From Octopus bimaculoides (lineage: Eukaryota), in the NCBI RefSeq assembly GCF_001194135.2, contig NC_068989.1:63572049-63621991 (forward strand): DNA of 49,943 nt, read 5' to 3'. Below are positions 25,051-40,094 of this stretch, in pieces (the first letter of the stretch is position 1; every line of letters starts with the position of its first letter). The notes beneath the pieces are model-generated. The model was not told the origin of the DNA. It did not search any database and worked only from the letters and a program-made list of their open reading frames with translations. Position numbers and translations under genes: made by a program.

Positions 25051-27379
25051 ATGTCGATATTGCTTAATAGAAACGTTGCGATCCATTCTTTCTGTTTTTT
25101 ATTGAAACTATCGGTTGTGATATTCCTTCTCTATTAACTCTGGCCTTTCAATTCGTAGCTTCATTACGTCTCTATAAATGATATCTCTAAATTTCTATAT
25201 TCAACAAACATGAATTTAACAAACAAAATCTTGGCACTGATTATTGTTCAAACTATTGTCATTAGTCAAGTTATACGCATTTACTTGTTTATGCCAATGT
25301 TGATTACTTACTTTATTAGATTTATCCTATATTCTGTTTCTATTTAAAATTGATGAATTCTGATTTTTGGCACTAAGATTCTATATTTTTTAATTATCAT
25401 TTTTCCTTTTCCTTCCTCTACTTTCCCCCTCTCTCTCTCTCTCTTTCTCACTCTTCTCTGAAGTTTCGCAGAGGTCGCAACTATTCTCTATGGTTTTGTT
25501 TAAGTTATTTTCCTTAATATACCATTACCTGGATCGTCATAAATTTATTCTTATTTTGAGAAAATTATAATACTTTAATGCAATATATCTTGATGGTGAC
25601 ATTGTCGGTGAGGTCTGCCGTAGAAAAATTAACATTCAACATTCAAAGAAATAAATGTATTATGTTTTCCTATTCTGTGATTATAAGAGTGTAAAATATC
25701 GTTATACAAGTGTACCTTTTTTTTTTTAATAGTTAAATATATATTGTTCTTCACTGCTGACCCAGACGTAATTTCAACTCAATTCTGATGTGACAGCTTC
25801 AAGCATTATTTTGATATTTTCATTAATTGCTTGAACAACTTGTTATATTTCCAACGAATCATCTTTTCCTGTTAAAACATAATTACTGCTGGCATTTCTT
25901 GAAAAAACACCACCAATAATAACAACAACAACAGCATATATATAATAATATTAATAACAATGATATCTGCAGTATCAACATAGACAGGGTCATCATTATA
26001 AACAACGTTATGTAACGATACGACAAAACACCTACACCAGAAATAACAACATAGAAGACTAAACATGCGGCCATTGGTTTCCACACTATCAGAGTCTTAT
26101 CTGAGGAATAACCTAAGCGTGGATTATAAACTTACAGTTTAACAAAGAATATTTTATAATAGATAAGATCTCTTTTCAAATATTCAGTTCCATTACTTGA
26201 ATGACTAACATCACATGGTTTTCATATTTTTATCAACAGTCGATGAGGCGACTACAGGCATGTCGTTCTTTTGAAATAGAGAGGTCATTTTTTTAATGTT
26301 TGCTAGAGGGTGTAAACTTGACCACATAATTAATTTAAGGATGAATTGAATTAATTTCTTTGAGTTAATCCGTAATTCGCTGGACACCATGAAAACGGAC
26401 ACATGTAATCACTGGTATCAATACAGTACCTATTTCCAATACATGAAGAGTTCAGGAGTGACAGAGTTACTTCGCGCATCTATAAAACGGAACAACATAC
26501 AGATACTTTTGCGGTCTCGTACACTTCAATGTACATTGCAAAAATATAAAATTTTTATCTGCAATTCTGATATTACAATACTTATCAGGTTTCATCAAAA
26601 GTACACATAAACCATGTGTGTGTGTGTGTGTGTGTGTGTTTACATATATATGTACATATGTACAGGCACTCACACATCATCACACATAGACACACACATA
26701 TATATTAGTAACATTTCTTAAGAACTACATTCGTTTCTACTTTAGTAATATTTTCTCCATATTTCGACTAATATTTCTTGGTGCAGTAACTAAAACTGGT
26801 TTTTCTGATAAGTAGTAATTTTACCATGTCAATCAATCTTGTCACAATCAAATTAACTTAGCGGTAAAGAAAGAATATATTTTCTCGTTCCCCCTCCTGA
26901 ACTTTGTGTTTTGATTGAATTTTTATTCATCTGATATAAGAAATTATTTTAACGTCATGTCCATTTCATACTCTAATCACTTTCCCTTTGCTTATATTTT
27001 CCAGACTTTCTACTGCTAGCTTCAAATAGTTCTGTATTTCTAACTCCACCTTCTCGGTGTGCGGAAAAGTTTACCCTATTTATATTGGCCTGAGAAAATT
27101 GGTTTCGAAAACACTAAATAGTAGTTTACTTCTTCATACATTTCAATTCACTTATATTCAAGAAATTCTTTATAGCTGCAACGACATATCTGTCAGAATA
27201 ATGAATCTCTATGATATCAATGTTATTTGTACTGTTATAAGTTTGTACTTTTGAATTTGCCTTATTGTAATATGTGCCATGTGATGAAATGTTCTCCTGT
27301 ATTCAATCCCTGATATACTAAGGTGATGCCACCCACTTTCTGCCGTCTTTGATGATATGCCAATTCACAATTTGCGTTG

Positions 27380-29204
27380 CATATACCTATTTCCGGCACA
27401 ATACTGTTTCATATTTAAGAACTGATTCCAGATGCGAAAGGAAATAAGAATTTTAAGGTGGGCTGTGGAAAAATGCGCGAGTCAGAAAGAAAGCGCGAAG
27501 TGGTTAACACAAGTGGAAAGGTAACTTGCAACCGTACCATGACAAATGGACGTCAGAATTAATATATGTACAGTGAGACAGAAGTTAATAGAGTCATACA
27601 GTCATGTGGAAAGTAACAATCTATTTCCAGAAGTACGGAAAAGATTCAGGAAGCAATGTAGAGTAACAACAGATCACTTTTTGTTGATAAAATGATAATT
27701 AGAAATTGTAGACATAGATTGACGGGGCTGAATGTGGCATGACTAAATTGCAATAAAGTATATGGCATGGAATCAAACTGTTGGTTAAGGAATACAATGA
27801 GCATGAGTGGAATAGCAAAATATATGGAGAAAATGCTTAATGAAAGTATGAAACTTTAGAATACTGAATTGATCGGAAGAAAATAAAAACTCGAAAAAGT
27901 GAACATCAGACGTAGAATTTTCCAAGGTGATAGCTTATCTCCATAACTATTAGTATTGGCCACGACGGCATTCACTATGATACTACGAAAAGTTAAAGTA
28001 GCTTAAGATTTGGAAAAGGAAAATGGTCAGGTATATTATCTTTTCATGAGAGCGGTTTAGAAAGGATAGTGGTATAAACACTTGAGAGTACTGGAAGCAG
28101 ACGAAATAACTAAAATGAAGAAATGGAACAAATTACTAGTAGGGAGTATACAAGGAGAGTGAGAAATGATTGCAGTTAAAGCTGAATTCAGAAAAATATT
28201 ATTGAAGCAATAAATTCAAGAGCAGTACCATTAATCAGATCTAGAATTGGAATTATCGACTGGACCAAAACGATATAAACAAACTTGACAGACAAACTAG
28301 AAAGTTATTGACAATGTACGGCGCCCATCATCCGAAAGCTAATATCAGCCAACTGTACTTGAGCAGAGACCAGGCTTAATAACAGTAGAAGAATGTGTAC
28401 AGAATGAAAGAAAAAGTTTGGTAGAGATGATCAACAGCGTAACAAGAGAAAAGGATAAGAATGAAATACAATGAGAGCACGTCGGCCAAATTGAAGAGAA
28501 ACGTCTACATGGTCAGTTTTGGAGAGCCGCTGAAGATGTATGTAGAACAAAATCCTGGGCTTGTTTAAAAAAGAGCATTTAAAAGAAGAAACAGCTAGCC
28601 TAATTGTTGCGATAGAAACAAACTTGATAAAAAATATATACGGAGAAAATGTGTCAGAAAAATGTAGAGCCTGTGAAACTTGGAATGAGACAGTAGCACA
28701 CATTTTGGAAGAATGCCCCATGTTAGTACAGCAAGAGTACAATAAAGTAATGCACGACCAAATTGTAAAAGTTTTACATTGGAAACTTTGCTGGAAATGG
28801 GAATGTTAAGCAGGAAACACATGGTACAATCATCGAATCGAAAGAGTGCTGGAGTCGAAAAAATGTAAAATTTTGTGGGACCTTCCCATTCAAACGTTCA
28901 AGAAGTGCGAAAATAATAGACCGGACATAACAATTATAGATAAGGAAAACCGAAGTTACTTACTAATCAACACATCATGCCCATTTGATTCCAGGATTGA
29001 AGAAAACAAGAGGACGAAATACCAAAAAAATACAATGCCTTAAAATTTAAAATAGGAAGAACTGTCAAAGTTATGCCTATAATAATTAGTCCGTTGGGAA
29101 CAGAAAGCAAAGGTATAGACAAAGGGCTGAACGAGATTGGAATACAATGCCCTGCAGAGCTCCTACGAAAAATTTGTCTGTTAGGGACAGCAAGACTTAT
29201 CACG

Positions 29205-29207
<3 letters not shown>
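27380..29207 (+). mobile_element. Decayed R4/Dong-clade non-LTR retrotransposon (RT + CCHC zinc knuckle + restriction-like endonuclease)
   Basis: IRRRIFQGDSLSP (RT, 27920-27943), CRACETWNETVAHILEECP (zinc knuckle), KILWDLPIQT..NNRPDITIIDKEN..LLINTSCPFD (RLE PD..D motif), and terminal ELLRKICLLGTARLI. Multiple stops and frameshifts. The catalytic (Y/F)MDD segment appears deleted after YLFM near 28040-28050. The element runs directly into (TG)n. Confidence 0.9.
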
Positions 29208-29249
<42 letters not shown>

Positions 29250-30207
29250 GCCGGGATATGTCAGACAGTTTACAATGGTAGTGCTATTATCAGTCTGAAT
29301 GTGTTTGAGGCGCGTTCGAACCGGTGAACAAGCTACTCACTGCGTTTTGTCACGGAAAATATATCCCGTTTGTTGACAGATGGTGTGTATACACACCCGT
29401 TTCGAATGATTGTAAGATAAGACGCAGACCTAAAATGTAAAATATATAGAAATATATAGTGTGACGAAGGGTAATGTTTTCCACAAATTTCCAACATGAG
29501 CATATGCAAAGACACGTCGCACCCACTATCTTAAAATTGAAGCTAAATCTATTACAGAAAAATAATGAAAAATAAAACATGAACAAAATATATTTAAACA
29601 CATCTGAGAAGCGCCTCTCTTGAAATGGTGAATCTATTGAAATATTTATTCTCGAAACAGGAGACTAATAATTATAATGTTTATAACAAATATTGTTCTG
29701 CATCTAAAGTGACTTTAAAATCTTTAAAAATGGCGACAAATCAATAGGAAGAATAGTATTATAGATAAATTCCTTTCAAGAGTTTGGACTATGTTCCGTT
29801 TGATTTGTTTGCATGAGTGTTTAATAAAAGCACTAGATAACACTAAATAACTCTTTTATATCAAAAGATGCCCGGCAAATCTATTGAAATAACGAGATAC
29901 TCTAGCTTGCTATTATTTCGTCTGGGTTTATTAGTTGCCAGAAGAAGAACAGTGCTGTAATTGAAGGCAGTAAAGTTATTCACAAAGAAATGACTCAATA
30001 TAAAAGGTGAATTAAACAAAATTATTGCCCATCAATATCTACTGCTATTCTTTAATACCCATTAGCGGGATAGAATTATAGGGTTGAAAGAGGGACAGGT
30101 ACAACAATGATGATGGTTATTGAGTGTTTTTCCATTAGTAAACTAGAGATAGTTTGTAACATGGTCGATTACGTATGTACGTATGTATATGTGTGTGTGT
30201 GTGTATG

Positions 30208-30263
<56 letters not shown>

Positions 30264-31399
30264 CACATATTTTATATATATACGCACATACATATATTTC
30301 ATGTATATTCACATGCCTATATGTGTGATCGCACACATAAATGAACACGTACAACCACTCAGTCATATGCACATATTTGTGTGAGTATATGTATGTGCGT
30401 GTGTGTGTATGTATATACATATATATGTGTATATGTATATATATGTATGTGCGTATGTTTGTATGTTTGCGTGTACGTATGTGTGCGAGTATGCGTGTGT
30501 AGGTGTGCGCGTGCGCGTATGTATATCAGTATATTAAATATTTTCGTCACCGAGAAAAGTTTGATTCGTTTAATTATAAATCCTACGAGTTCGCGAAGTT
30601 GTATTTTCGACGCCAAAGTGGCAGACCAATTTAAACCATTTATATACTGTTAACAATATAGAGGCTGACTATTGTTGGCTTTGGGGAAGAAAATTACTGC
30701 ATCAAAATTTCTATTTTATAATAAAGAGGCAATTAATGGGAGCTGAAAGAGATTATATGAACTGCGGTTTGTTCTAAAATTTAATTCTCAAAAATAATTA
30801 GTATCTAAGTATTAACTTAAGCAAGCGGTAAATCGTGAAGTTTAAAGATAGTATTTATTTTGACAGAAATATCGTCCTGAAATTATTTGTTTTCGACGCA
30901 ATGTAAGATGTATATGCTGAGTATATTCTGATATGGCATGGGATAATGCATTTTTTAAGTATTAGCTAGCGTTATATCAAATAGTCACAGAAATGCGGTT
31001 CAAATCGAAGGTGGCACTTTGTTAGATATGGTAGAGAATACAGAAAGATAAACAAAGCATGTTATACTTTTTGCACCGATTCTCAATGTTCCGAATTTCG
31101 GGATTTCATGTTATGTTGTTGTGTCATTAAGACGATCATTTGTGACACATGGGATTAGAGTTTCTAGCCAGCAGCATAGCTTCGTGGCAGCGTAGTAGCT
31201 TAGAAGCTGGGTTCTAACATAGATTCGCGTTGATAGATATTTGAGAATAACATTTGGTAGACGGCAGCTGCACAGTAGCTTTTAACTAAAAGAATTTATC
31301 AAGATATGTTTTCAGCTCCATGTGTTTGTTGAACGAAACACCTCTTACACTATGGGAGAGCGACCGTAAAAGTTAATTATATAATAATCTGACATGTTG

Positions 31400-32180
31400 A
31401 CTACATGCAACAAGCAAACGATGGTATGTTGTGGCTGGTTCTGAAGCATTATGGTACCGAAATGTGCCCTTAGTTACAAAAAAATACCAATAATATACCT
31501 TCTGAAAAACTGCGAGATGAAACAGGAACAGAAAATAATATGTCCCTAACTGCAAAGTAAAGCAAATAAAGCAAAGATCCAATACAGCAGCATCCAGCAT
31601 ACAAGGAGAAATTACAGCAAACCCCACTACATTGTAAACACCTGAATAGAACCAAGGACGTAGAATAGATTAAAATATTACCCATCAGAGTCTATGATGC
31701 CCTTGTCTCAAACAAGGGACCCAGATTTAGATCAAACCGATACCCATCAGGGTATTGTCTCTAAAGCAGAAAAATTACTCGTGTGATGTTCTAAAACATG
31801 AAGCAACGAAGAACATCCTGCGACAATATAGTTTTGGGATGTGGCCTACAGACAGGGTAAGGGTTCTTACAACGAAAGGACAGAGCAGTTTAGAGCATAT
31901 ACATATATTGTCACATATGCCGCACAAAAAGAAGATGCGGAAGCATCAAACCACAAGTTGTGCAGGATACAGAAATTAAGATACTTTGGATTTTCTGTGT
32001 TCAGACTATCTGATCAGAGAAATCATATTGAAAAGGCCTGTCATCTGGTGAATGTTGAAGCCCCAGCTGCCAAAACCATATCTTTGAAAACGCCTGGAAA
32101 TTGGAGTAAATATATGGAAATGAAGCTTGTAATCAGACGAATAGGGCATTTCAATGTAATATGACTTGATGTTATTGTGA
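31400..32180 (+). mobile_element. Second, more decayed R4/Dong-type LINE 3' fragment
   Basis: PLHCKH (cf. PLHGKY), HPATI*FWDVAY (zinc-knuckle region), KILW(fs)FSVFRL, and KACHLVNVEAPAAKTISLK..SKYMEMKLVIRRI (cf. CLLIDVSIP.D.NI..KE.EK..KY..L..EI.RMW). Confidence 0.65.
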
Positions 32181-32516
32181 TCAGGCAACAGGGGGAATTT
32201 AACGGGTGTAATATTAAGAACCGCAACGAAGAGGGTAATTTTATTGCGCACCAAGCACAACCATTACCACTTACATACGTGTGTGTGTGTATCGGTGAGT
32301 GTGTGCGTGTGTATGCGCATACATATTTACACAGACATACATGTGCGCAGCACACATACGCACAACCATAAACAGATGCACATATGCATGTACATGCACA
32401 TCTAATGGGAAAGACGGAAATACATTGCAATAACGCCTACGCGATAGGAATACTACACGAGCTGTTACGTTTATACATACATTAGTAAGTGTATATGTTT
32501 AATATATATATATATG

Positions 32517-32547
<31 letters not shown>

Positions 32548-34708
32548 NNNNNNNNNNGTTACGTTTATACATACATTAGTAAGTGTATATGTTTAATATA
32601 TATATATATGTCTCATTGGGTATGTGTGTATGAATATATATCCGTAGATATATATGCAGGTTAGTGAAAGACTAGGTCCTCTGCTCATACATTTTCTAAG
32701 TGCATCATGGAGATAAGTAATGGCAAAAATATATAAAATTTTATTCCGTTAATTTTTTTTACTATATATGAATAGAAAGATCATCGATTCCATTACAGTT
32801 TGGAAAGTTTAAATAGATTTGTTTAGATTTTGCTGACGTGATTTATGCATGGCCCACAACAGTACCAAAATTTTTATGCAGATACTTATAACTTAACTCT
32901 GAGATTACGTTACCTCAAGAGTGCTTATAAACAGGAGAATTTGAGTGGCAAACCAACACATTTATTAACGATTTGCATCAATATATGTCAAATTTTATTT
33001 CAAAGTTACTCTCTACCAATGTGATTTAATTTTCATCTATTCTGAACTTGAGAATCTCTTACTAAATGCAAAGCACAAGAAGTGAAATTGTTCTCGCACC
33101 TACCTACTCACAGTTTAGACCTACATATTCATTTACTTTTTGCACATTAGTCAAAACGAATCCCTCTTCAAGACTTAATTATCGCGCGCACTACGAGAAA
33201 CTTCATGAAGGACACTTTAAAGTAATTATCAATGTTACAGAAACGAATCATCGATAACAATTTCTGCTATGAGGTGTTTGACGTCTAAATAGCTGATGGC
33301 AATATAGATGAACTTTGTTAAGTTAGGCTGTAAATTACTTAACTGAGATAAAACTTTTAGATGCGGAATACTGATGTAATCTTATATTTCTTACTGATAT
33401 GTTTTGCAATTCTTAATTTCCAAACTTTGTAAAACCGTATTCTTAACAACAGATAATTCAATTTGAAAGATCTGTGATATGGTTCAACCTGAAGGTCTGC
33501 ATGTTTTACTTTTCTTGTTATTCACTAGTGATATATTTAAGACGTATTACTTAATATTTTTCGTTTTTTTTTTTTTTACTAGAAATTGACGATACTACTT
33601 GCATTAGGGAATTTGAGGAAGCAATGTGTAACATTATAGATAATTCAGTGGATGTATAAGTATGTGTTTCCTCATAGATATTTGCCAATGACACATTTAA
33701 ACATTTTCTATCTTGAATGATATTCTAGTCTTTTGTTGTGTAAAACACCATACTTTTTTCTTTGATTTTTTTATATATATATTTTAGAATATATTCACAC
33801 TTGAAAATCTTCCATATATATATTCATATAACTGGCTAACAATACGAATTCCTAAGCGAAAATACATTGGCATATTTCTCTTCACGTCTTGAGTTCAAAT
33901 ACTGATTCGGCCCTATTTTATCATCTAAACATTTGCAGTCGATAAAATATGTATGAATTAAACACCTAGCATCAAAATTGTTATTCTTGTTCCTAAATCA
34001 AAAGCCATTAATGCTCGTTGCCAACCGTTTGAACATGTCTTTATGTAAGTGTGCATGGTTAAATTGGTATGCTGCTTACGTCTGTTGTCTCAGAAGCAAA
34101 GAAATAATAATTTCTTTTTACAATATTTATAAATAACGGTTTTGTGCGAAATCGAATTTCTAACGAATTTCTAGTTCTCACATTGATACAGATGTTCTAC
34201 AATATTATTTCTCTTCCCGTATATCGCCATTTCATTTACTTTTATGTCTTCACTTCCCATGCGCAATGTTATAGATAAAACATCTTAAGTCTTGAATGGC
34301 AGTTTTCAGTTTACTTTTTTACCTCAATAGTGCCGAGTACTGATTCTAAGAGCTGCCTTTCCTGGGAAGTAAGACTGGAAGACTGTCACCGTTGTTTGTG
34401 GGAATCATCTCATCAAATACATGCAAATTATTGATATGTATACAAACCTGTATTCCGTAGAAGTTTATACTGGCCAATCATAAATTTGTGATATCATTTC
34501 ATTATTTCTTTGTTCTTTTAATATCACTGGACTGCGGTAATGCTGGGGCACTTCACTTAGAGGTTTTCGTCAATTAACACATGACTTCCTTCCGCTGGCA
34601 ATCATTTCGGTCAGGAAATTGTCTTTTACGATTTATATTTCCCGAACTGCTCTCGAATAACAAAATCTAAATAAAAAAAAAACAACCACTGACACATATA
34701 TATTGCTT

Positions 34709-34880
34709 TCAAATTTTGGCACAATGCCAGTAATTTCGTGAGTCGGAGACCAAGTTGATTACACCGACCCCGAAAGGATGAAAGACAAAGTCAAGCTTGC
34801 CATAATTTGTGCTAAGATCGTTCGAAATGCCGCTAAGTATTTTACCCGGCCTGCTAAAGTTTCTGCCAGCTCGCCACCTT
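34709..34880 (-). mobile_element. SINE family A copy
   Basis: ccgaccccgaaaggatgaaagacaaagtc..ctgccagctcgccacctt. Confidence 0.75.
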
Positions 34881-35680
34881 AAACACACACACAAACACGC
34901 CCGCACAAACACACGTATTTATGCATATTCGCACTTACGCATCTATGTATTCTATCTAGCTCGGCTTTGCAAACCAATAGTATCTGATCGGCTTTACTAC
35001 ATACCTCTCCCATATCACAGTGGAGAATCATATGAGGTTAATGTCTTTATTTAGAGAATTAACTCCGTTGAGTAATAATGTTGTTTGTGAAGCAGACAGT
35101 TCAACAGATCAATTTTAATTTTGTATTTTACATTGGTAACGCAGTTTTTTTAAACATATAACAAAATTGTAACACAATTGTTTTCAGAATTCGACATTTG
35201 TCACGTACTGCTGCTCACTTGTCGCTGCGCAAGTACCAACACAAAAGTGACCAAATGTTTGTAATGGTGTCGAATGACCAACGTATTTCAAAAATACATA
35301 TCTTTTATGTTTTATTTCCTCCAGTCATTGGACTGAAGCCATACTGAAGGATTTTAGCCAAACAAATTGTCCCCAGTACGTTTTAAAAATCTTGTGCTTA
35401 TTTTGTCAGTCTCTTCTTGGCCAGAGTGTTAAGTTACAACGTTGAAAACATAACCACACCGGTTGCCAAACTATACTAGTAGTATATATTCAAACACAGA
35501 CTCGTAAACATGCATATGCACGCACACACACATACACACACTCAGACACACAGGGGTGAGTCATTCTGTTTTAATGCCTTATTAAGTGACACACTCAATG
35601 GTTCTGCGTAGTGGGCCTGAACTTGAAATCATGCGATTGCAAAGAGCGCTTCTCAACCATACCTGCGTTTATTAGTAAAT

Positions 35681-35896
35681 ATTCTTTTCTCCTCTAGTTA
35701 CAAGGCTCGAAATTTTGGTGGAGGAGGAAGTCGATTAAATTGACCCCAGTCCGCAACTGGTGCTTAATTTAGCGACCCCGAGAAGATGAGAGGCAAAGTC
35801 GACCTCGGCGGAATTTGAACTCAGAACATAAAGACAGACGAAATAGTGCCAAGCATTTCGCCCGGCGTGCTAACGTTTCTGCTAGATCGCCGCCTT
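35681..35896 (-). mobile_element. SINE family A, near full-length copy
   Basis: caagg..gtcgattaaattgaccccagt.cgcaactgg..aggcaaagtcgacctcggcggaatttgaactcagaac..gcatttcgcccggcgtgctaacg..cgccgcctt. Confidence 0.85.
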
Positions 35897-36109
35897 CTTA
35901 GTAAATATTGACCACAGTTGACCTAATTTTGAAATATATGTAGGGATTGTTGGTGACACATTAAAATATAGTGACTCACAGTCTATCAATCTTTACGCTC
36001 ACATCATAAGATCACAAGAAACGAACTACAAGTCTGAATTTTCTGCTTGTCAATGGTATAAATAAATGAAGTCTCCTAAACGAGCGTGCAAAAAGGATAA
36101 TAGGCTTAT

Positions 36110-37331
36110 TATGAAGGAGTTCTGCTAAAGCTGTGAAATGTTGCATGCATTAATTTCAACTGTTTTATTAACCGCATTGTTTCCTCCCAAGTAAACTGGT
36201 ATCTGACTGTTCAAAGAAGACTTCATATGTAACTAGTAGCGACGTCTCTTGAAAATGGACAATATTTGGTGCCGTGGTATTATCAAGTGCCTGCAGGTAA
36301 AGTGTTTATCCCCCAAGGACATTCATGATGGCGTAATTGCTGTTTGGGAATGAGGCTCCAGTTTTATCAAGAGTGCAAAGAGTGTGCAACTGAACTTAGG
36401 AGGGGAACGGAGATCCTTGAATATGGACATCTTGCAACTGACCCCACCGAAGGAAACAGTGAATGTGTTCACCATAGTGTGATGAATGACAGTCGATTGA
36501 CAATGAATCAAATAGCCAATGCTATTACCATATCCCGTGAGAGAGTTGGGAATATTCTACTTGATGGGGTTTTCTGCTCGGCAGGTACCATGTCTTCTAA
36601 CCCCTGATCAAATGCACACCAGGCGGATCACATCATGCGAAAATTTTACATTGTTTGTGACAGATCTAGCTCGTTTGGTTTAACGTTTCCTAAGCCAAGA
36701 TGAGCGTTAGGATCATCGTTTTGAGCCAGAGACAAAGAGCTAAACCATGAAGGGGAAATAGTGATATTCACCTACTCCATAATGAGATCAAGGTCTTTTC
36801 ATCTGCATGGAAAGTGATGGCCTTAATCTTGAGGAATGCAAAAGGCGTTGTGTTTATTGGACTATCTTAATAAGAGCCACACCATGAATAGCGTGTCTTA
36901 TGCCAACTTGATGAGGCAGCTCTGTAAGGTTATCAAGACCAAACATCATGGAAAACTGGCGAACATTATCTTCCTTCATCTGAAAAATGCTCCAACACAG
37001 ATGTCCTTGGTTTCAATGCCTGCCGTGCATGACTCGGGCTTGGACCTGGTTGATCACATTCCCTATTCTCTTGCTCTATCAACAACTTTTCCCTATCATG
37101 AAAAGCCGCTCGGCTGTGAAATAGTATCGTAATAATAATGATGTTATATCTACGTTTGAATGTTTTGACCAACAGGATGAAAGCTCCTTCACCAATGAGA
37201 TCTAAGCACTGCAAAACCAATGGAAGAGGTGTGTGGACCGCAAGGGAGATTATGTTGAAAAACCAACCTCACATGTTTACATTTCATAAGAGTATCTTGG
37301 TCATCTTATGAGCTGTTCGACGTCTCTCGTA
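36110..37331 (+). mobile_element. Near full-length decayed mariner (DD34D-type) DNA transposon, about 1.22 kb
   Basis: The transposase starts at ATG 36255 (MDNIWCRGIIKCLQVKCLSPKDIHD..). It continues with VHHSVMNDSRLTMNQIANAITISRERVGNIL, QDE..HRFEPETK, TMNSVSYANLMRQLCKVIKTK..FLHLKNAP (second Asp lost) and DHIPYS (cf. HPPYSPD). TA dinucleotides lie at both estimated ends. Confidence 0.88.
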
Positions 37332-40015
37332 AGTGTATTGTCGCAATATAGTAATCTTTCTGTATTTATTATACATCTCTCGGGTGTTTCAAATTGAATA
37401 TCCTTATATACTGATATATTACAATACTTCACCACTAAGTATTTTTCGCAACAGCCCACACATTTTCCAACCAATGTAATTTAATTTCAATAAGTTTTGT
37501 TAAATTGAAAATTGAATTTTCGTCCATGAGTGAGTTCTGAAACGGATGTGGGTGTATTTATATATGTATATTTGGTTGCGCACGTGTTTGTATGCGGTGG
37601 GGTTTGAAGTAGAAAGAAAACATTAGAAATAAATACGTTCAAAGACTCATAACAAATTAAGGGACTTATTAAAGTCATGAGACACGACGAGGAAAATTCC
37701 AGAAATTCCGTTGCATTTCTTATCAATAGGTCTCATCTTTCGCATCCATTTGCATACCATATATACCCACCTTCATTCTGATACATGAAAATATATGTGT
37801 GCGCGTGTGTATGTATATGTGTGTGTACATATATTTGTTTATATATATATATATAAAGAGTGGGAGGGAGAGAGAGGAAGAAAAGGGAATGAAAGGAGGG
37901 AGATCACAAATTCACTATTTAATACATGTTTGTATATTTGTGTGTTTGTGTGTGTGTGTGTGTTTTCCCTTTATAGGTATGAATCTATTTATCTAACTAT
38001 CTGATTCCCAATAGCAAAGATACAACCATCTGATATCAACTTATTTAACGCAAGTATCACACTATTTCAGATAATTCTACAATGATATTTTTCTTACTGT
38101 TTCTTAATTTCGTGTCTTACTTCATAAAACTTCAAATTCTTTTACACTTGATTAAAAGATTATCGCCTTAGATTCCTTCATGTAATACTCTTCATATCTT
38201 TTCTTTGTTACACATTAAGTATTGTCTGCTTTAATTTGTTGTTGACCATTCATGCTTTATTTTATGTTTTGTTTTATGTTTTAATTGATATTTTGTTTCA
38301 TACATTTCAGTAAGATTCCTCTGTAAATCTTATCTTTCCGTTTAATATTACATCTAAGAAACTGTAACCAACTGCATTAAGACCAAAACTGCACAGAAAA
38401 TACATTGTAAGATCAGTTACTTTTTACAAGGCCTGAATCTCTTTTCTTTTCATCAGAAGTAACTGGATAAATTTACTCTGTAATTTTGCCTCGGATATTG
38501 CAGTACCGTAACACTTAAAATCAACATAATCCATGACTACTTTTTACTGTGCTACACTATATCTCTTTACTTGTATAAAGCTAACTTCCGCTTCATATTC
38601 TATACCTTCAATCATTTTGCTCAAATTTATTGTTCAATTCTTAATAATGGCTGCTTACAACAATCTCCGCCATTTTAAGTATGTTCATATACCTCTACTA
38701 CAACGTGAATATTTTACCACAACTATACACTTACAGAATTTAGCAATATTTTATGAATACTAAATTGCATGCCGTGCTTCGTTTGATGAAAGAGAAGCCA
38801 AATACCATTCATGATATTTAGTAGTTAAGCCAAAATGAGAATCCGTTAATTATCAACGATATTTTTGGATTTCTTTTTGTCGATTCCCATATAATAACAG
38901 AGGTAGAGAAATACAACCGATCTTTAATGAACCCTGAACTCAGAATCAATATCGTATTATTTCCAATGTAGGAAGGATCGTTGAAACGTGACTATCGTCC
39001 CACAAAATGCATCGTATCAATCTGTTATTTAATTCAGATGTAGACGCCATATTTCTAAAAAGAAAACTAAAAAACATAATATTCCGAAGTCAACTCCGAT
39101 TGAGAGTTGAGAAAATGTTAAGAAAAATATTAGTTTTCCTAGATTACTATCGTATATCTATTAATTCGTGCTCTTTTCATATGTAAATGGGTGTAAGTGA
39201 TTTTTACTTATTAGCAGAGATAAAGCGGCTTGTTTTTCCTCTGTATATATGGATTTCTACACAAATACGTACATTCATAACTATATGTTTCATTACTAAT
39301 GCGTGTGGTCTGGCGGTTTTCGTATGTGTTGTGTGTGCTGAGGGATGGTGGTTGTTAAAATAGTGTAGGGGAAATAGTGTGGCTTACGTATTACTGTAAG
39401 CACAAGTATATTCTCTCTAACAGACGAAAGAGATTATAAGCCGACCTTTAGCTACATACACCGTGACTGAGTTTTGGTTTTTATAGTCTATTTATTGACT
39501 GTCAGATGACAATCGAGTTGCGATCGCTTGAGAGTCGACGCCATTGTAAGTCTTTATTAAACAAACCTGAAATCTTCAATTATCTGAGGATTAAGACAGT
39601 TAAAGATACGAATGAAATCTTGCTATTTCTTTTGTCATCTTACTTCTGGCTTCTTCTCTATCGTAAATTGGGGATTAGCTGTACATTGGAAGTTTGTATT
39701 TGGCCTAGAGTACCACACTGCAACATTTGCTGATGAAGAGAGTTGGTGAGAAGAAAATGAAAATAAAGCTTTCAACACGTAAGAAGCATACTTAATGCAT
39801 TGATTAATAGTATATATTGATCTGCAGAATTAACCGAAACACGTATACACAACTTAAAGAAGACAAGAAATAAAAACAAAATTAAAGCCTATCAGAAGAC
39901 AAAAGCAATACAATTACATTCTCAGAAATACAATTTAAATATGTACGCACCGACAAATGCATACATGTCCACATAAAAGGCATAAGCAATAATGAGTAAA
40001 ACAACAAAATATATC

Positions 40016-40043
40016 GATAATAATAATAACAACAACAACAACA

Positions 40044-40094
<51 letters not shown>

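Noticed and set aside
26240-26275. VDEATTGM resembling an ABC-transporter Walker B region after an AG acceptor
   Set aside because: A stop follows four codons later and no other ABC motifs are present.
32464-32610. Direct repeat of about 50 bp on both sides of a 10-N gap
   Set aside because: Most likely overlapping contig ends that the assembler failed to merge across (TA)n.
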